A program made the position numbers and the translations under genes. Of a stretch of 64,000 nt of DNA, positions 27,683 through 36,565 are shown in pieces (the first letter of the stretch is position 1; every line of letters begins with the position of its first letter). This DNA comes from Flavobacteriales bacterium (GTDB taxonomy: Bacteria > Bacteroidota > Bacteroidia > Flavobacteriales_D > Sanyastnellaceae). Location: contig DAIOCL010000001.1 in assembly GCA_036747335.1 (NCBI GenBank), positions 11,537-75,536 of the forward strand, written 5' to 3'. Under the pieces are notes generated by a model. That model was not told where the DNA came from. It did no database searches and saw only the letters and a list, made by a program, of their open reading frames with translations.

Positions 27683-27937
27683 ATGGCGAATCATAAATCA
27701 TCCATCAAGCGCATCAGGTCCACAGAGGCTAAAAACGCCCGCAACAAGTATTACCACAAGACCACCCGCAACGCGGTGCGCAAACTGAGGGGTGCCAACT
27801 CCCCGAAGGAAGCTTCCGGCCTGCTGCCGGTGATTTCCGCCATGCTGGATAAGCTTGCCAAGCGCAACGTGATCCATAAAAACAAAGCAGCCAATCTTAA
27901 GAGTAGTCTGCAGGTCCATGTGAATGGCCTGAAATAA
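27683..27937 (+). CDS. rpsT: 30S ribosomal protein S20
   Basis: I chose the internal [39 protein letters not shown] is a canonical S20 N-terminus. 84 aa. Confidence 0.95.
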   Translation: MANHKSSIKRIRSTEAKNARNKYYHKTTRNAVRKLRGANSPKEASGLLPVISAMLDKLAKRNVIHKNKAANLKSSLQVHVNGLK

Positions 27938-27963
27938 TTCACCAAAACCAAACCGCTTACATG

Positions 27964-27993
27964 GCCCCCGCCCCCAGGCGGGGGCTTTTTTTT
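27964..27993 (+). terminator. rho-independent terminator after rpsT
   Basis: Stem GCCCCCGC (27964-27971) / GCGGGGGC (27978-27985), then a T8 run. Confidence 0.8.
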
Positions 27994-28011
27994 GTGCCAA
28001 AGTGTTTTGAG

Positions 28012-28716
28012 ATGGAGAAGGAATGGCACGGGGAGGGAAATATCCGCGAATGGCTGCCCGATGAGCGCCCGCGGGAAAAACTGATTGGAAACGGGGTGAG
28101 GGCACTGAGCGACGCCGAGCTGCTGGCCATCCTCCTTGGTTCGGGCACGCGGCGCTTGTCGGCGGTGGCACTGGCCCGCCATGTGCTGGCGCAGGCGGGG
28201 GGCAACCTGATTGAACTTGGCAACCTTAGCCTCCACAGGCTCGTGTCGATCCATGGCATGGGTACCGCGCGGGCGGCCTCCCTCATGGCTGCCATCGAAC
28301 TCGGGCGGCGCCGGCGGGCAGCCTCGCCGGCTGAGCGGAAAAAAATTGCAGCCTCACGCGAGGCCTTCGAGCAACTCGTGGGCGTGCTGGGCGACCTGCA
28401 GCATGAAGAATTCTGGGTGATGCTGCTTTCGCGGGCCAACCACGTGATTGCCCTGAAGAAGGTGAGTGAAGGCGGCATATCCTCCACCACGGTGGACCCA
28501 AAACGCATTTTCCGGACAGCCATTGAAGCCGGTGCCAGCAGTATCATTGTGGCGCATAACCATCCGTCGGGGAATACCGAACCGAGCCAGCAAGACAAAA
28601 CACTCACGCAGCGCCTAAAACAAGCCGGCACCGTGCTGGAGTGTCCGCTTCTCGACCATCTGGTCGTAACCGCTACGCAGTATTTCAGTTTTGCCGACGA
28701 AGGATTATTGACATGA
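28012..28716 (+). CDS. radC: RadC-family JAB/MPN domain protein
   Basis: I chose the start at MEKEW. Contains ERPREKL, SDAELLAILLGSG and the HNHPSG...PS JAMM motif. Confidence 0.9.
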   Translation: MEKEWHGEGNIREWLPDERPREKLIGNGVRALSDAELLAILLGSGTRRLSAVALARHVLAQAGGNLIELGNLSLHRLVSIHGMGTARAASLMAAIELGRRRRAASPAERKKIAASREAFEQLVGVLGDLQHEEFWVMLLSRANHVIALKKVSEGGISSTTVDPKRIFRTAIEAGASSIIVAHNHPSGNTEPSQQDKTLTQRLKQAGTVLECPLLDHLVVTATQYFSFADEGLLT

Positions 28717-29849
28717 CGAAAAAGATTCTCACCATCATCGGGGCAAGGCCCCAGATCATCAAGTCGGCTGCCATCAGCACAGCGGTACGCACGCGTTTCT
28801 CCGGCCTACTGAGTGAGGTCATTGTGCATACCGGCCAGCACTATGACACCAACATGTCGGAGGTATTTTTTACCCAGATGAACCTCCCCCGGCCGGCCTA
28901 TAACCTGGGCGTCGGGTCGGGCCAGCACGGCGCGCAAACGGCAGCCATGATTGAAGGCATAGAACGCATACTGCTGGAAGAACGCCCTCAGGCCGTGCTG
29001 GTGTACGGCGATACGAATTCAACCCTGGCAGCTGCGGTAGCTGCCTCGAAACTGCGCGTCCCTTTGGTCCACGTGGAAGCAGGGCTGCGCTCTTTCAACA
29101 AAGGAATGCCTGAGGAAATCAACCGTATCATGTGCGACCATGCCTCTACCCTTCTGTTTTCCCCTACCCTTGCAGGCATTGAAAACCTCAGGCGGGAGGG
29201 ATTTGCGATAGGGGCCGAACCGCCTTACTCGGCTGATCATCCCGGCGTATTTCACTGCGGCGATGTTATGTACGACAATGCGTTGCATTTCGCTCCGCTG
29301 GCCGACACCGTTGCTGCCCCGCCTAAAATCCGGGAACTCGACGGCAAACCCTTTGTACTGGCCACTATTCACCGGGATGCGAACACCGATGACCCCAAAA
29401 GGCTGCGCCTTGTGGTTAGCGCGCTGAAGGCCGCCGCCGACGAACTGAACTGCAAGGTAGTCTGGCCCATGCACCCCCGGACACGTAAGATGTGCCTGCA
29501 GTTTGGCATGGCACCGGAAGCCATGGGAAACCAGCTGGTCATTACCGAACCGGCCTCATACCTCGAGGTGCTCAGGCTTGAACAGCATTGCACCCTGGTG
29601 ATTACCGATTCGGGAGGCGTGCAGAAAGAAGCGTACTATTTCAAAAAACCCTGCATCATCATACGCCCGGAAACGGAATGGATCGAACTCGTGGAAAACG
29701 GCAACGCCGTGTTGAGCGAACCCGATCCAGCCACCGTGGCGGCACACGGACGGCACTTTGCGGAAACACAGCACGCGATGACATGGCCAGCAATTTTCGG
29801 AGACGGGGATGCCGCGGGATTCATCTGCAACAAGGTGGCGGCCCTCTGA
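28713..29849 (+). CDS. wecB: UDP-N-acetylglucosamine 2-epimerase (non-hydrolysing)
   Basis: The start MTKKILTIIGARPQIIK overlaps the radC stop as ATGA. Contains HTGQHYD, HVEAGLRS and DSGGVQKEA motifs. Confidence 0.9.
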   Translation: MTKKILTIIGARPQIIKSAAISTAVRTRFSGLLSEVIVHTGQHYDTNMSEVFFTQMNLPRPAYNLGVGSGQHGAQTAAMIEGIERILLEERPQAVLVYGDTNSTLAAAVAASKLRVPLVHVEAGLRSFNKGMPEEINRIMCDHASTLLFSPTLAGIENLRREGFAIGAEPPYSADHPGVFHCGDVMYDNALHFAPLADTVAAPPKIRELDGKPFVLATIHRDANTDDPKRLRLVVSALKAAADELNCKVVWPMHPRTRKMCLQFGMAPEAMGNQLVITEPASYLEVLRLEQHCTLVITDSGGVQKEAYYFKKPCIIIRPETEWIELVENGNAVLSEPDPATVAAHGRHFAETQHAMTWPAIFGDGDAAGFICNKVAAL

Positions 29850-30064
29850 GTGTCGGGCCAAACGGCCTCCATGCCGTCATGAGGTCGTGCATGCAGGTGT
29901 TTCTTCTTATACCCTTAGCGACCGGCGGGCCCACTGAAAACGCATGTAGTATCGCCGGCACTAGAACGCACTGACCGACACCTGAAGAATTTTGAAAACC
30001 GGCAGCGCAAACTGGTATGCGCGTTTGGCGTAAATTCGTCACTCCAATTAACTCCGGCCCTACC

Positions 30065-30712
30065 ATGGTTCATGAACTCACGCGGCACGCCTCAGTGCTC
30101 TCCGACATACTCAGCCAGCTGCGCGATGAACAGGTTCAGAAAGACAGCCTGAAATTCAGAACCAACCTGGAACGGGTAGGTGAAATCATCGCCTATGAAA
30201 TTTCAAAAACACTGCGTTACGAAAAGCGCGATATCAATACTCCGCTCGGTGTAGCCGAAGTAGAAGAAGTGGCAGAGCAGCCCGTGCTGCTCACTATTCT
30301 GCGCGCCGGACTGCCTTTTCATCAGGGCATGTTGCGCATGCTGGACCGCGCAGAAAACGCGTTTGTTTCCGCGTACCGGAGGCACCACAAGGGCGGCGAA
30401 TTTGAAATAGATGTTGAATATGTCAGCGCGCCTTCACTCGAAGGCAAAACGCTGATCATCGCCGACCCGATGATTGCCACCGGTATGAGTATTGAAATGG
30501 TTTACAAGGCCATACTCCGAAAAGGAAATCCATCAAAACTCCATATTGCTTCGGTGATTGCCACCGACACCGGCATCAACCACCTGCGCAGTAAGCTGCC
30601 CGAGCAGACCACCTTCTGGACCGCTGCAGTAGACAAGGAACTCACGGCTCAGGCCTACATCGTACCGGGACTTGGCGATGCCGGAGACCTCGCATTCGGG
30701 AGGAAAGACTGA
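30065..30712 (+). CDS. upp: uracil phosphoribosyltransferase
   Basis: I chose the internal ATG (MVHELT). Has the PRPP-binding loop LIIADPMIATGMS and a C-terminal YIVPGLGDAGD. Confidence 0.85.
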   Translation: MVHELTRHASVLSDILSQLRDEQVQKDSLKFRTNLERVGEIIAYEISKTLRYEKRDINTPLGVAEVEEVAEQPVLLTILRAGLPFHQGMLRMLDRAENAFVSAYRRHHKGGEFEIDVEYVSAPSLEGKTLIIADPMIATGMSIEMVYKAILRKGNPSKLHIASVIATDTGINHLRSKLPEQTTFWTAAVDKELTAQAYIVPGLGDAGDLAFGRKD

Positions 30713-31173
30713 TGGCAGGTATTTTTTTTAAAATTTGTCTTTGGTGGCTGGCTTGTATCGGCAAGTTTCTGTTTGTGCCGTTTGTGATGATTATGGATGA
30801 AGGCGGCGAACACTGGTCGTGGCTCGGCACCATCTGCATTACCTCTTCGGGCGCAGCCCTGGGCGTGTACATCTTCTTCCATTTCGGAGAAGTAATCTTC
30901 AGCCACCTGCACAAGTGGTTCGGCGCACCGAAAAAGAATTTTAAACCCTGGAAGCGGCGCATCATCAGGCTGAAATGGCGCTACGGCATCAAGGGACTGA
31001 TGCTGGTTTCGGGAATGATCAGCGTGCCGGTAGCTTCACTGGTGGCCGCAAAATTTTACCGCCATAACCCGCACGCACTGCCGCTGATGATCATCGGATT
31101 TTTCTTCTGGGCGATTCTGCTGTCTTCACTCGCCTACGTCATGAAACTGGCAGGCATTACCTTTTCGTTTTGA
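30712..31173 (+). CDS. small hypothetical membrane protein, 4 predicted TM segments
   Basis: 153 aa. Its start overlaps the upp stop by 1 nt (TGATG). Its stop overlaps the next gene's TTG start (TTGA). Confidence 0.6.
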   Translation: MAGIFFKICLWWLACIGKFLFVPFVMIMDEGGEHWSWLGTICITSSGAALGVYIFFHFGEVIFSHLHKWFGAPKKNFKPWKRRIIRLKWRYGIKGLMLVSGMISVPVASLVAAKFYRHNPHALPLMIIGFFFWAILLSSLAYVMKLAGITFSF

Positions 31174-31889
31174 AATCCTACGAACATATTTTTTTCGACC
31201 TGGACGGCACCCTGTGGGACCTACTCACCAACTCGCGCAAAGCACTGGGCGAGATGTTTGGCCGCTACCCGGGGCTGGAAGACCGGGCCGCAGATTTCGA
31301 AACGTTCTACGCGCACTATTACCGCCACAACCACCGGTTATGGACCTTGCTGCGCGAGCAACGCATCAGTAAGGAAGAACTCCGGGTGCTGCGTTTCCGG
31401 CTGGCCTTCGGTGACATGGCCATTGACTGCGCGCAATGGGTGGAGCCTTTTGCAGACGAATTCATGGAACTGTGCCCGCGGCAGGGGTACCTGATGAATG
31501 GTGCAGCTGCGCTGCTGGAAAAGCTCAGTACGCGCTATCCGCTGCACATCATTTCGAACGGATTCCCTGAAGTACAGTACATCAAGATGGAAACCTCGGG
31601 CATTCTCGGCTATTTCGGAGAGGTCATTCTCTCTGAACAATGCGGGGTAGCCAAACCCCACCCCGATATCTTCAGGCAAGCCATGGCGGCGACGGGTGCC
31701 CGTGCTGAAACAAGCCTGATGATCGGAGATGACTGGGAAGCCGATATTCTCGGGGCCCTTGGCGCCGGTATCGACCAGGCCTTTCTTACCAGCACAGAAT
31801 CACAGGTTGACCCCGCCTTCGACCGGCACCGGATTCAGCCACCCACCTACGTGCTCGAAAGCCTTGGTGAACTGCATAGCATTCTGTGA
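31170..31889 (+). CDS. HAD-superfamily hydrolase, YjjG-like pyrimidine 5'-nucleotidase
   Basis: Has FFDLDGTLWD motif I and GDDWEADILGA motif IV. Only a TTG start fits upstream of the DxD motif. Confidence 0.8.
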   Translation: MKSYEHIFFDLDGTLWDLLTNSRKALGEMFGRYPGLEDRAADFETFYAHYYRHNHRLWTLLREQRISKEELRVLRFRLAFGDMAIDCAQWVEPFADEFMELCPRQGYLMNGAAALLEKLSTRYPLHIISNGFPEVQYIKMETSGILGYFGEVILSEQCGVAKPHPDIFRQAMAATGARAETSLMIGDDWEADILGALGAGIDQAFLTSTESQVDPAFDRHRIQPPTYVLESLGELHSIL

Positions 31890-31999
31890 GCCATCATTTC
31901 ACTTTCTTTTATTGATGCGTTGGCAGGGCCTGGTTGGATTTCACCGCCATTCATGCCGACATTTGCCTGCGATACATTAGATTACCATTTCCATTTCCC

Positions 32000-32317
32000 A
32001 TGAGTGAAAATAAGAGCCAACCCCAACTGAATATCGAATTGTCGGAAGACGTAGCTCAGGGCGTGTACAGCAACCTCGCCGTTATCACGCACAGCGCAGC
32101 AGAATTTGTTGTTGACTTTATCCGTGTCGTGCCCGGAGTGCCGAAGGCCAAGGTAAAGTCACGGGTCATACTGACACCACAGCATGCCAAGCGGCTTATG
32201 CGGGCGCTGGCAGACAACATCAGCAAGTTTGAATCTCAGCACGGAAAAATTGCAGAGTCAGTGCCGGGTGAACAGCAACTTCCCATCCACTTTGGCGGGC
32301 CCCAGGGTCAGGCCTGA
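32000..32317 (+). CDS. DUF3467 domain protein
   Basis: I chose the internal ATG (MSENKSQPQLNIEL). GVYSNLAVITHSAAEFVVDF is typical of DUF3467. Confidence 0.75.
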   Translation: MSENKSQPQLNIELSEDVAQGVYSNLAVITHSAAEFVVDFIRVVPGVPKAKVKSRVILTPQHAKRLMRALADNISKFESQHGKIAESVPGEQQLPIHFGGPQGQA

Positions 32318-33586
32318 GTGGTTGTTACCCGAATGTACTGTGGCCCAGATCCTGCCTGACAGCGTCTTCCCGATAAAAGGGGAGTTGGCTGATTTTGATT
32401 TCCAAATACCGTCAGTAACTGTGGTCTCTGTATCGTCTGAAAACACTGTAAGGTGAGCGGGTGCTCCTTCGGTTACATGCAGTTCGGGTAATCCAAGAAT
32501 TTTCCTGGGTGCAGCCGACAGCCGCTGCACCAGCGTGGCGGTGTCGATGCGCTTGGCTGCAGCCGTGAGCGCCACATTCCAAACCAACTGAATGCCACTC
32601 ATACCGGGTGTGGCATGGTCAAATTCACAATCTTTCGACTCGGGCTCCAGCGGGGTATGGTCGCTGCAAATGGCATCGATGGTGCCGTCAGCCAGTCCGG
32701 CGAGAAGTGCCTCAGCATCCCGTGAGGTGCGCAGCGGAGGCAACACCTTGCACTGCTGGTCAAAGTGGCGAAGGGCCTCGTCGGTCAGCAGCAGCTGGTG
32801 GGCGGCGACGGAAGCGGTTATCTGTAATTTTTCCTTTTTGGCCTTGCGCAACAGTTCAACGCCCCGTGCGGTGGAGAGTGCCACCACGTGCATGCGTCCG
32901 CCGCAGTAACGGAGCAGTTCGATGTCGCGCATCAGCCGCAGTTCCTCGCTGAGTGATGGAATACCCTTCAGTCCCAGCGACACACTCATCTTACCCTCAT
33001 GCATCTGACCGCCCCGGCAAGAGCCGCTGTCGTGTGGAAAGGCGTAAACAAGTCCACCGAAATTTTTCGCGTACTCCAGTGCACGCATCATCAGCTCAGT
33101 GGATACATTGTGGTGGTCATCGGAGAAAGCCACCGCTCCGGCCTGGTGCATATCAAACATGTCGGCGAGTTGCTTGCCGGCCATCTGACGTGAGATAGCG
33201 CCCGCGGGCAGCACGGAGGCGGGCAGTCCGTCGGAGCCTTTGACCAGGTATTCGACCGCAGCCTTGTTGTCGGTTACCGGGTCGTTGGCCGGCAGAACGA
33301 CCACATGGGTAAAACCACCTGCGGCTGCCGCGGCTGTGCCTGTAGCCAGGTCTTCGCGCTGTTCAAAACCCGGATCGCCGAAACGGGCGCACATATCCAC
33401 CCAACCGGGCGAGAGCATGGCACCTTTCCATTGAACTGCCTTGTGACCGGCATCCGCAATGCGGGCAGCTACTTTTTCAATGCGGCCCTTGCCGATGAGC
33501 ACATCGCGCACCTTGCCATCGTGGATGCCGGCGGGGTCAACGATTTTGACTGATTTGATGAGTATACCCATGCGATAAATTGTCAA
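32258..33586 (-). CDS. dihydroorotase-like cyclic amidohydrolase lacking the N-terminal HxH metal ligands
   Basis: Dihydroorotase/allantoinase fold (GGFTHVVVLPANDP, AFSDD, ICSDHTP). It has VDMCARFGDPG where DxHxH is expected. An alternative start is the ATG at 33571. Confidence 0.8.
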   Translation of the reverse strand: MTIYRMGILIKSVKIVDPAGIHDGKVRDVLIGKGRIEKVAARIADAGHKAVQWKGAMLSPGWVDMCARFGDPGFEQREDLATGTAAAAAGGFTHVVVLPANDPVTDNKAAVEYLVKGSDGLPASVLPAGAISRQMAGKQLADMFDMHQAGAVAFSDDHHNVSTELMMRALEYAKNFGGLVYAFPHDSGSCRGGQMHEGKMSVSLGLKGIPSLSEELRLMRDIELLRYCGGRMHVVALSTARGVELLRKAKKEKLQITASVAAHQLLLTDEALRHFDQQCKVLPPLRTSRDAEALLAGLADGTIDAICSDHTPLEPESKDCEFDHATPGMSGIQLVWNVALTAAAKRIDTATLVQRLSAAPRKILGLPELHVTEGAPAHLTVFSDDTETTVTDGIWKSKSANSPFIGKTLSGRIWATVHSGNNHSGLTLGPAKVDGKLLFTRH

Positions 33587-33621
33587 TTCAAAAATGCACC
33601 CGGCGACCGCTTTTGGACAGG

Positions 33622-35667
33622 CTATCGCCAGAATTTTATCAGCAGCACTTCAACCGCCAGCCAAATCAGGGCCCAGACCACGAAGGTCCACCACAGTTTT
33701 TTGCCCTCACTGCGTTCAAGCGCACCCTTGCGGATGCTGGCCGTATCGTTCGTCAGCACGCGTGCACCCTGCAGTGCAGGTTCTCCGGTGAGGGCCTCCA
33801 GCGCAGCGGCGGAGAGTGCCGCGGTGGCCGATTCGGCGCGGTCATAATTGAAGGCAAGGGGTGCCAGCACCTGGTCACCCTGCAAAAGCCGGTAATTGCC
33901 CGATGTGCGCACCGAATGCTGCATGGAAAACTCCATTACCGGTCCCGCAAGACGGTGGGTAGGAATAAATGCCGTACTGTCAGAATACCCCTTAACCCTG
34001 AAAGCAATTTCACCGCTTACGGCTACATTTTTCAAGGCGATAGTCTCGTCTTTGCCGATGGTGTAGCAGAGCGGTGCATTAGCCCGGCTGTAATTGGCAA
34101 CATTCAGCATGGTCACAGGAAAGAGCCAGTTGCGCTCAAAGTCTGTCGCTTCCTCGCTGAGCGGAGATGCCAGCAGGTACCACCGTCCTCTGCCGGTATT
34201 TCCTGTTGACAGGAAAGCAAGGCCTGAACGCGTGCCCAGCAACACATCCGCTGCCGGCGCTGTTCTCGGATCTACGGCATAACTGCCAGTGGCAGCGGGC
34301 ATCGACACCCTGTCTCCCGCTGATTCGGTTACCGAGCGGTATAGCGGATGTTGCATGTTTACCGTGCTGACCGCAGCCGCTTCCTGCAGCCATGTACCCA
34401 ACTGGGGAGCGCCTGACGCGGCGAGCAGGTTGTTGTAATTACCCACGTTGCACGCTGCCGAGGGAATGATGAATACATGGCCTCCCTCCTGCATGAGTTT
34501 GCTGAGTTCAGCCTGCAGTCCTGTCGGAATATCCGCAAGCTGGTTGACAATCACAAGGTTTTGCTGGGCAAGGGCACCAAAGTCCACCCGTGCCGCATCC
34601 ATGCGGGTATAGCTGAAGGCGGAGTTGTCATCAAAAACCAATGACAGCGACCGTGACGGACTGCCTTCGGCATACAATTCGGTGACCAGCACCTTGTCGG
34701 CCACATCATAGCCGAAATACATGGTGTTGTCGAAAACCACGGGACTATCGTCCACCGAAACGGCACAATGGTGTTCGCCGGTGGCGGTATTGGAATACGT
34801 GAGCTGAAGCACCGCATCTCCGCCTGCGGTCACATCGGCTGCGCCCACGGCCTTTTGCTGGCCATTGACTGTAAGTACTACAGGAACGGCATTTTCATCT
34901 TCAGCACCGGTGTTTCGTATGCGCACGCTGAGTACCTCCGGCACATTGACGGTGCGCACCGGACTTTCAAACCAGAGTGAGTCGATAAACAGGTTGCGCG
35001 AAGCCTGCACGCCGTTTGGCACCAGTTGCAGCGAAATGGAAGTATCCTGGCGCACGTTCATGAGGTCGGCAGTGGATTGCTGAAAATCGGAAATGAGGAA
35101 AACCGAACGGTTGGGGGTTTCTTCCCTCACCACCGATTCGCGCAGCCGGCTGTATGCCTCGGAAACAAGACGTACGGCGGGCGACACTTCCACGTCTTGC
35201 AGCCACTCGATCATTTCTTCCTGGCTGACTACGCGTTGGTGACGGCCCTCGAAATCGTTGGTGGCAAGGGTAAAGCGATCGGCCGGACCATAGGCGCTGA
35301 CAATCTCAATGGCCCTGTTGCGGGCGAGATCAAGCATTCTCACGCGTCCGTCTTCCGCCTCCATGCTGAAACTGTTGTCGAGGTAGATACCGGTCACCCG
35401 GTGGGCACCGGCCTGTTCCTGCTTACCCGCCGGAATAAAGGGTTGGGCAAAGGCCATCACGATAGCTGCCACTGCCAGCAGGCGGGCGGCGAGAATCAGG
35501 AGGTGTTTGAGTTTGTTTTTTGACTGCGTTTCCTGCCGAATTTCCCGCAGGAATGAGACATTGGGAAAAAGTACTTTCTTGAAACGCCTAAAATTGAAAA
35601 GATGAACGATAACCGGAATGGCCAAGGCGCCCAGTGCCCATAATATTTCCGGATGGATAAACTTCAT
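33622..35667 (-). CDS. BatA-domain (aerotolerance regulator N-terminal) membrane protein
   Basis: I chose the start at MKFIHPEILWALGALAIPVIVHLFNFRRFKKVLFPNVSFL, a canonical BatA N-terminus. Has a C-terminal TM segment. Confidence 0.85.
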   Translation of the reverse strand: MKFIHPEILWALGALAIPVIVHLFNFRRFKKVLFPNVSFLREIRQETQSKNKLKHLLILAARLLAVAAIVMAFAQPFIPAGKQEQAGAHRVTGIYLDNSFSMEAEDGRVRMLDLARNRAIEIVSAYGPADRFTLATNDFEGRHQRVVSQEEMIEWLQDVEVSPAVRLVSEAYSRLRESVVREETPNRSVFLISDFQQSTADLMNVRQDTSISLQLVPNGVQASRNLFIDSLWFESPVRTVNVPEVLSVRIRNTGAEDENAVPVVLTVNGQQKAVGAADVTAGGDAVLQLTYSNTATGEHHCAVSVDDSPVVFDNTMYFGYDVADKVLVTELYAEGSPSRSLSLVFDDNSAFSYTRMDAARVDFGALAQQNLVIVNQLADIPTGLQAELSKLMQEGGHVFIIPSAACNVGNYNNLLAASGAPQLGTWLQEAAAVSTVNMQHPLYRSVTESAGDRVSMPAATGSYAVDPRTAPAADVLLGTRSGLAFLSTGNTGRGRWYLLASPLSEEATDFERNWLFPVTMLNVANYSRANAPLCYTIGKDETIALKNVAVSGEIAFRVKGYSDSTAFIPTHRLAGPVMEFSMQHSVRTSGNYRLLQGDQVLAPLAFNYDRAESATAALSAAALEALTGEPALQGARVLTNDTASIRKGALERSEGKKLWWTFVVWALIWLAVEVLLIKFWR

Positions 35668-35783
35668 AATTCCAGTGTTCAAAATTACAGCATCCGTGAA
35701 CCGGAGACCAACCCGGCAGACTGAACCGGGCAAGATATTTCCAGAAAACCGCCTGCGGCGCTGCTTAGGGATACCTTCGCTGC

Positions 35784-36545
35784 GTGGATATGCACGAGCT
35801 GAAATCGTTTTTAGACGAAAAATACCTCGCCTTCAACCGAACGGGTTTCATTGACGATGATCCTGTCTCGGTGCCGCACCGGTATGTGCACAAGGAAGAC
35901 CGCGAAGTAGCTGCCTTTCTGACGGCCACCATTTCCTGGGGAAACCGCGTGAGCATACTGGCCAGTGCGCAACGGATGCTTGCACCCATGGGTGAGAGTC
36001 CGTACGACTTCATCATGTCGGGTACACGCTGGCGCGGGCAGGGCTCCGTGCACCGCACCTTCATGCACGACGACCTGCGGCACTTTTTGGGAGCGCTGAG
36101 GCAGCTCTATGCGCAGCCCGGCGGATTTGAGCGGCTGATGACCGAAGCCATGCGGGGCCGGGAAGACACGGCACAAGCCATTGCGGCGCTGAGAAATACT
36201 TTTCTGTCGCTTCCCCACGCCGCGCGGGTGCGCAAGCACCTGCCGAATCCTGAAGCGGGTGCGGCGGCCAAGCGCGTCAATATGTTTTTGCGGTGGATGG
36301 TCAGGCGCGACCGGCATGGGGTCGACCTCGGCCTGTGGAAGGGCATCAGTACGGCCGCCCTCTGCGTTCCCCTCGATGTGCATAGCGGCAACGTGGCCAG
36401 GCAGCTCGGTCTGCTCAGCAGGAAGGCCAATGACTGGAAGGCTGTCAGGGAACTCGATACCGCGCTGCGGGCGTTTGACCCGCATGATCCGGTCAAGTAT
36501 GACTACGCCTTGTTTGGACTGGGTGCGATCGAAAAATTCGCCTGA
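35784..36545 (+). CDS. TIGR02757 (DUF2400) family protein
   Basis: DPVSVPHRY...EVAAFLTATISWGNR and PLDVHSGNVARQLGLL are typical of the family. Confidence 0.8.
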   Translation: MDMHELKSFLDEKYLAFNRTGFIDDDPVSVPHRYVHKEDREVAAFLTATISWGNRVSILASAQRMLAPMGESPYDFIMSGTRWRGQGSVHRTFMHDDLRHFLGALRQLYAQPGGFERLMTEAMRGREDTAQAIAALRNTFLSLPHAARVRKHLPNPEAGAAAKRVNMFLRWMVRRDRHGVDLGLWKGISTAALCVPLDVHSGNVARQLGLLSRKANDWKAVRELDTALRAFDPHDPVKYDYALFGLGAIEKFA

Positions 36546-36565
36546 CCGCGTCAGGAACACCATCT

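Noticed and set aside
27260-27937. N-terminally extended versions of genes in the ORF track. Examples: the 225-aa ORF containing rpsT, and the long forms of kdsC, DUF2520, ccmD, radC, wecB, upp, DUF3467, batA, sucC, the O-methyltransferase, the THUMP methyltransferase, Nif3 and lpxK.
   Set aside because: The family-typical N-termini begin at internal start codons. The extensions overlap neighbouring genes or terminators and are not family-like.
28012-28716. RadC as a marker of an integrative element or anti-restriction cargo.
   Set aside because: It is flanked by rpsT and wecB, shares host composition, and has no integrase, conjugation or repeat features nearby.
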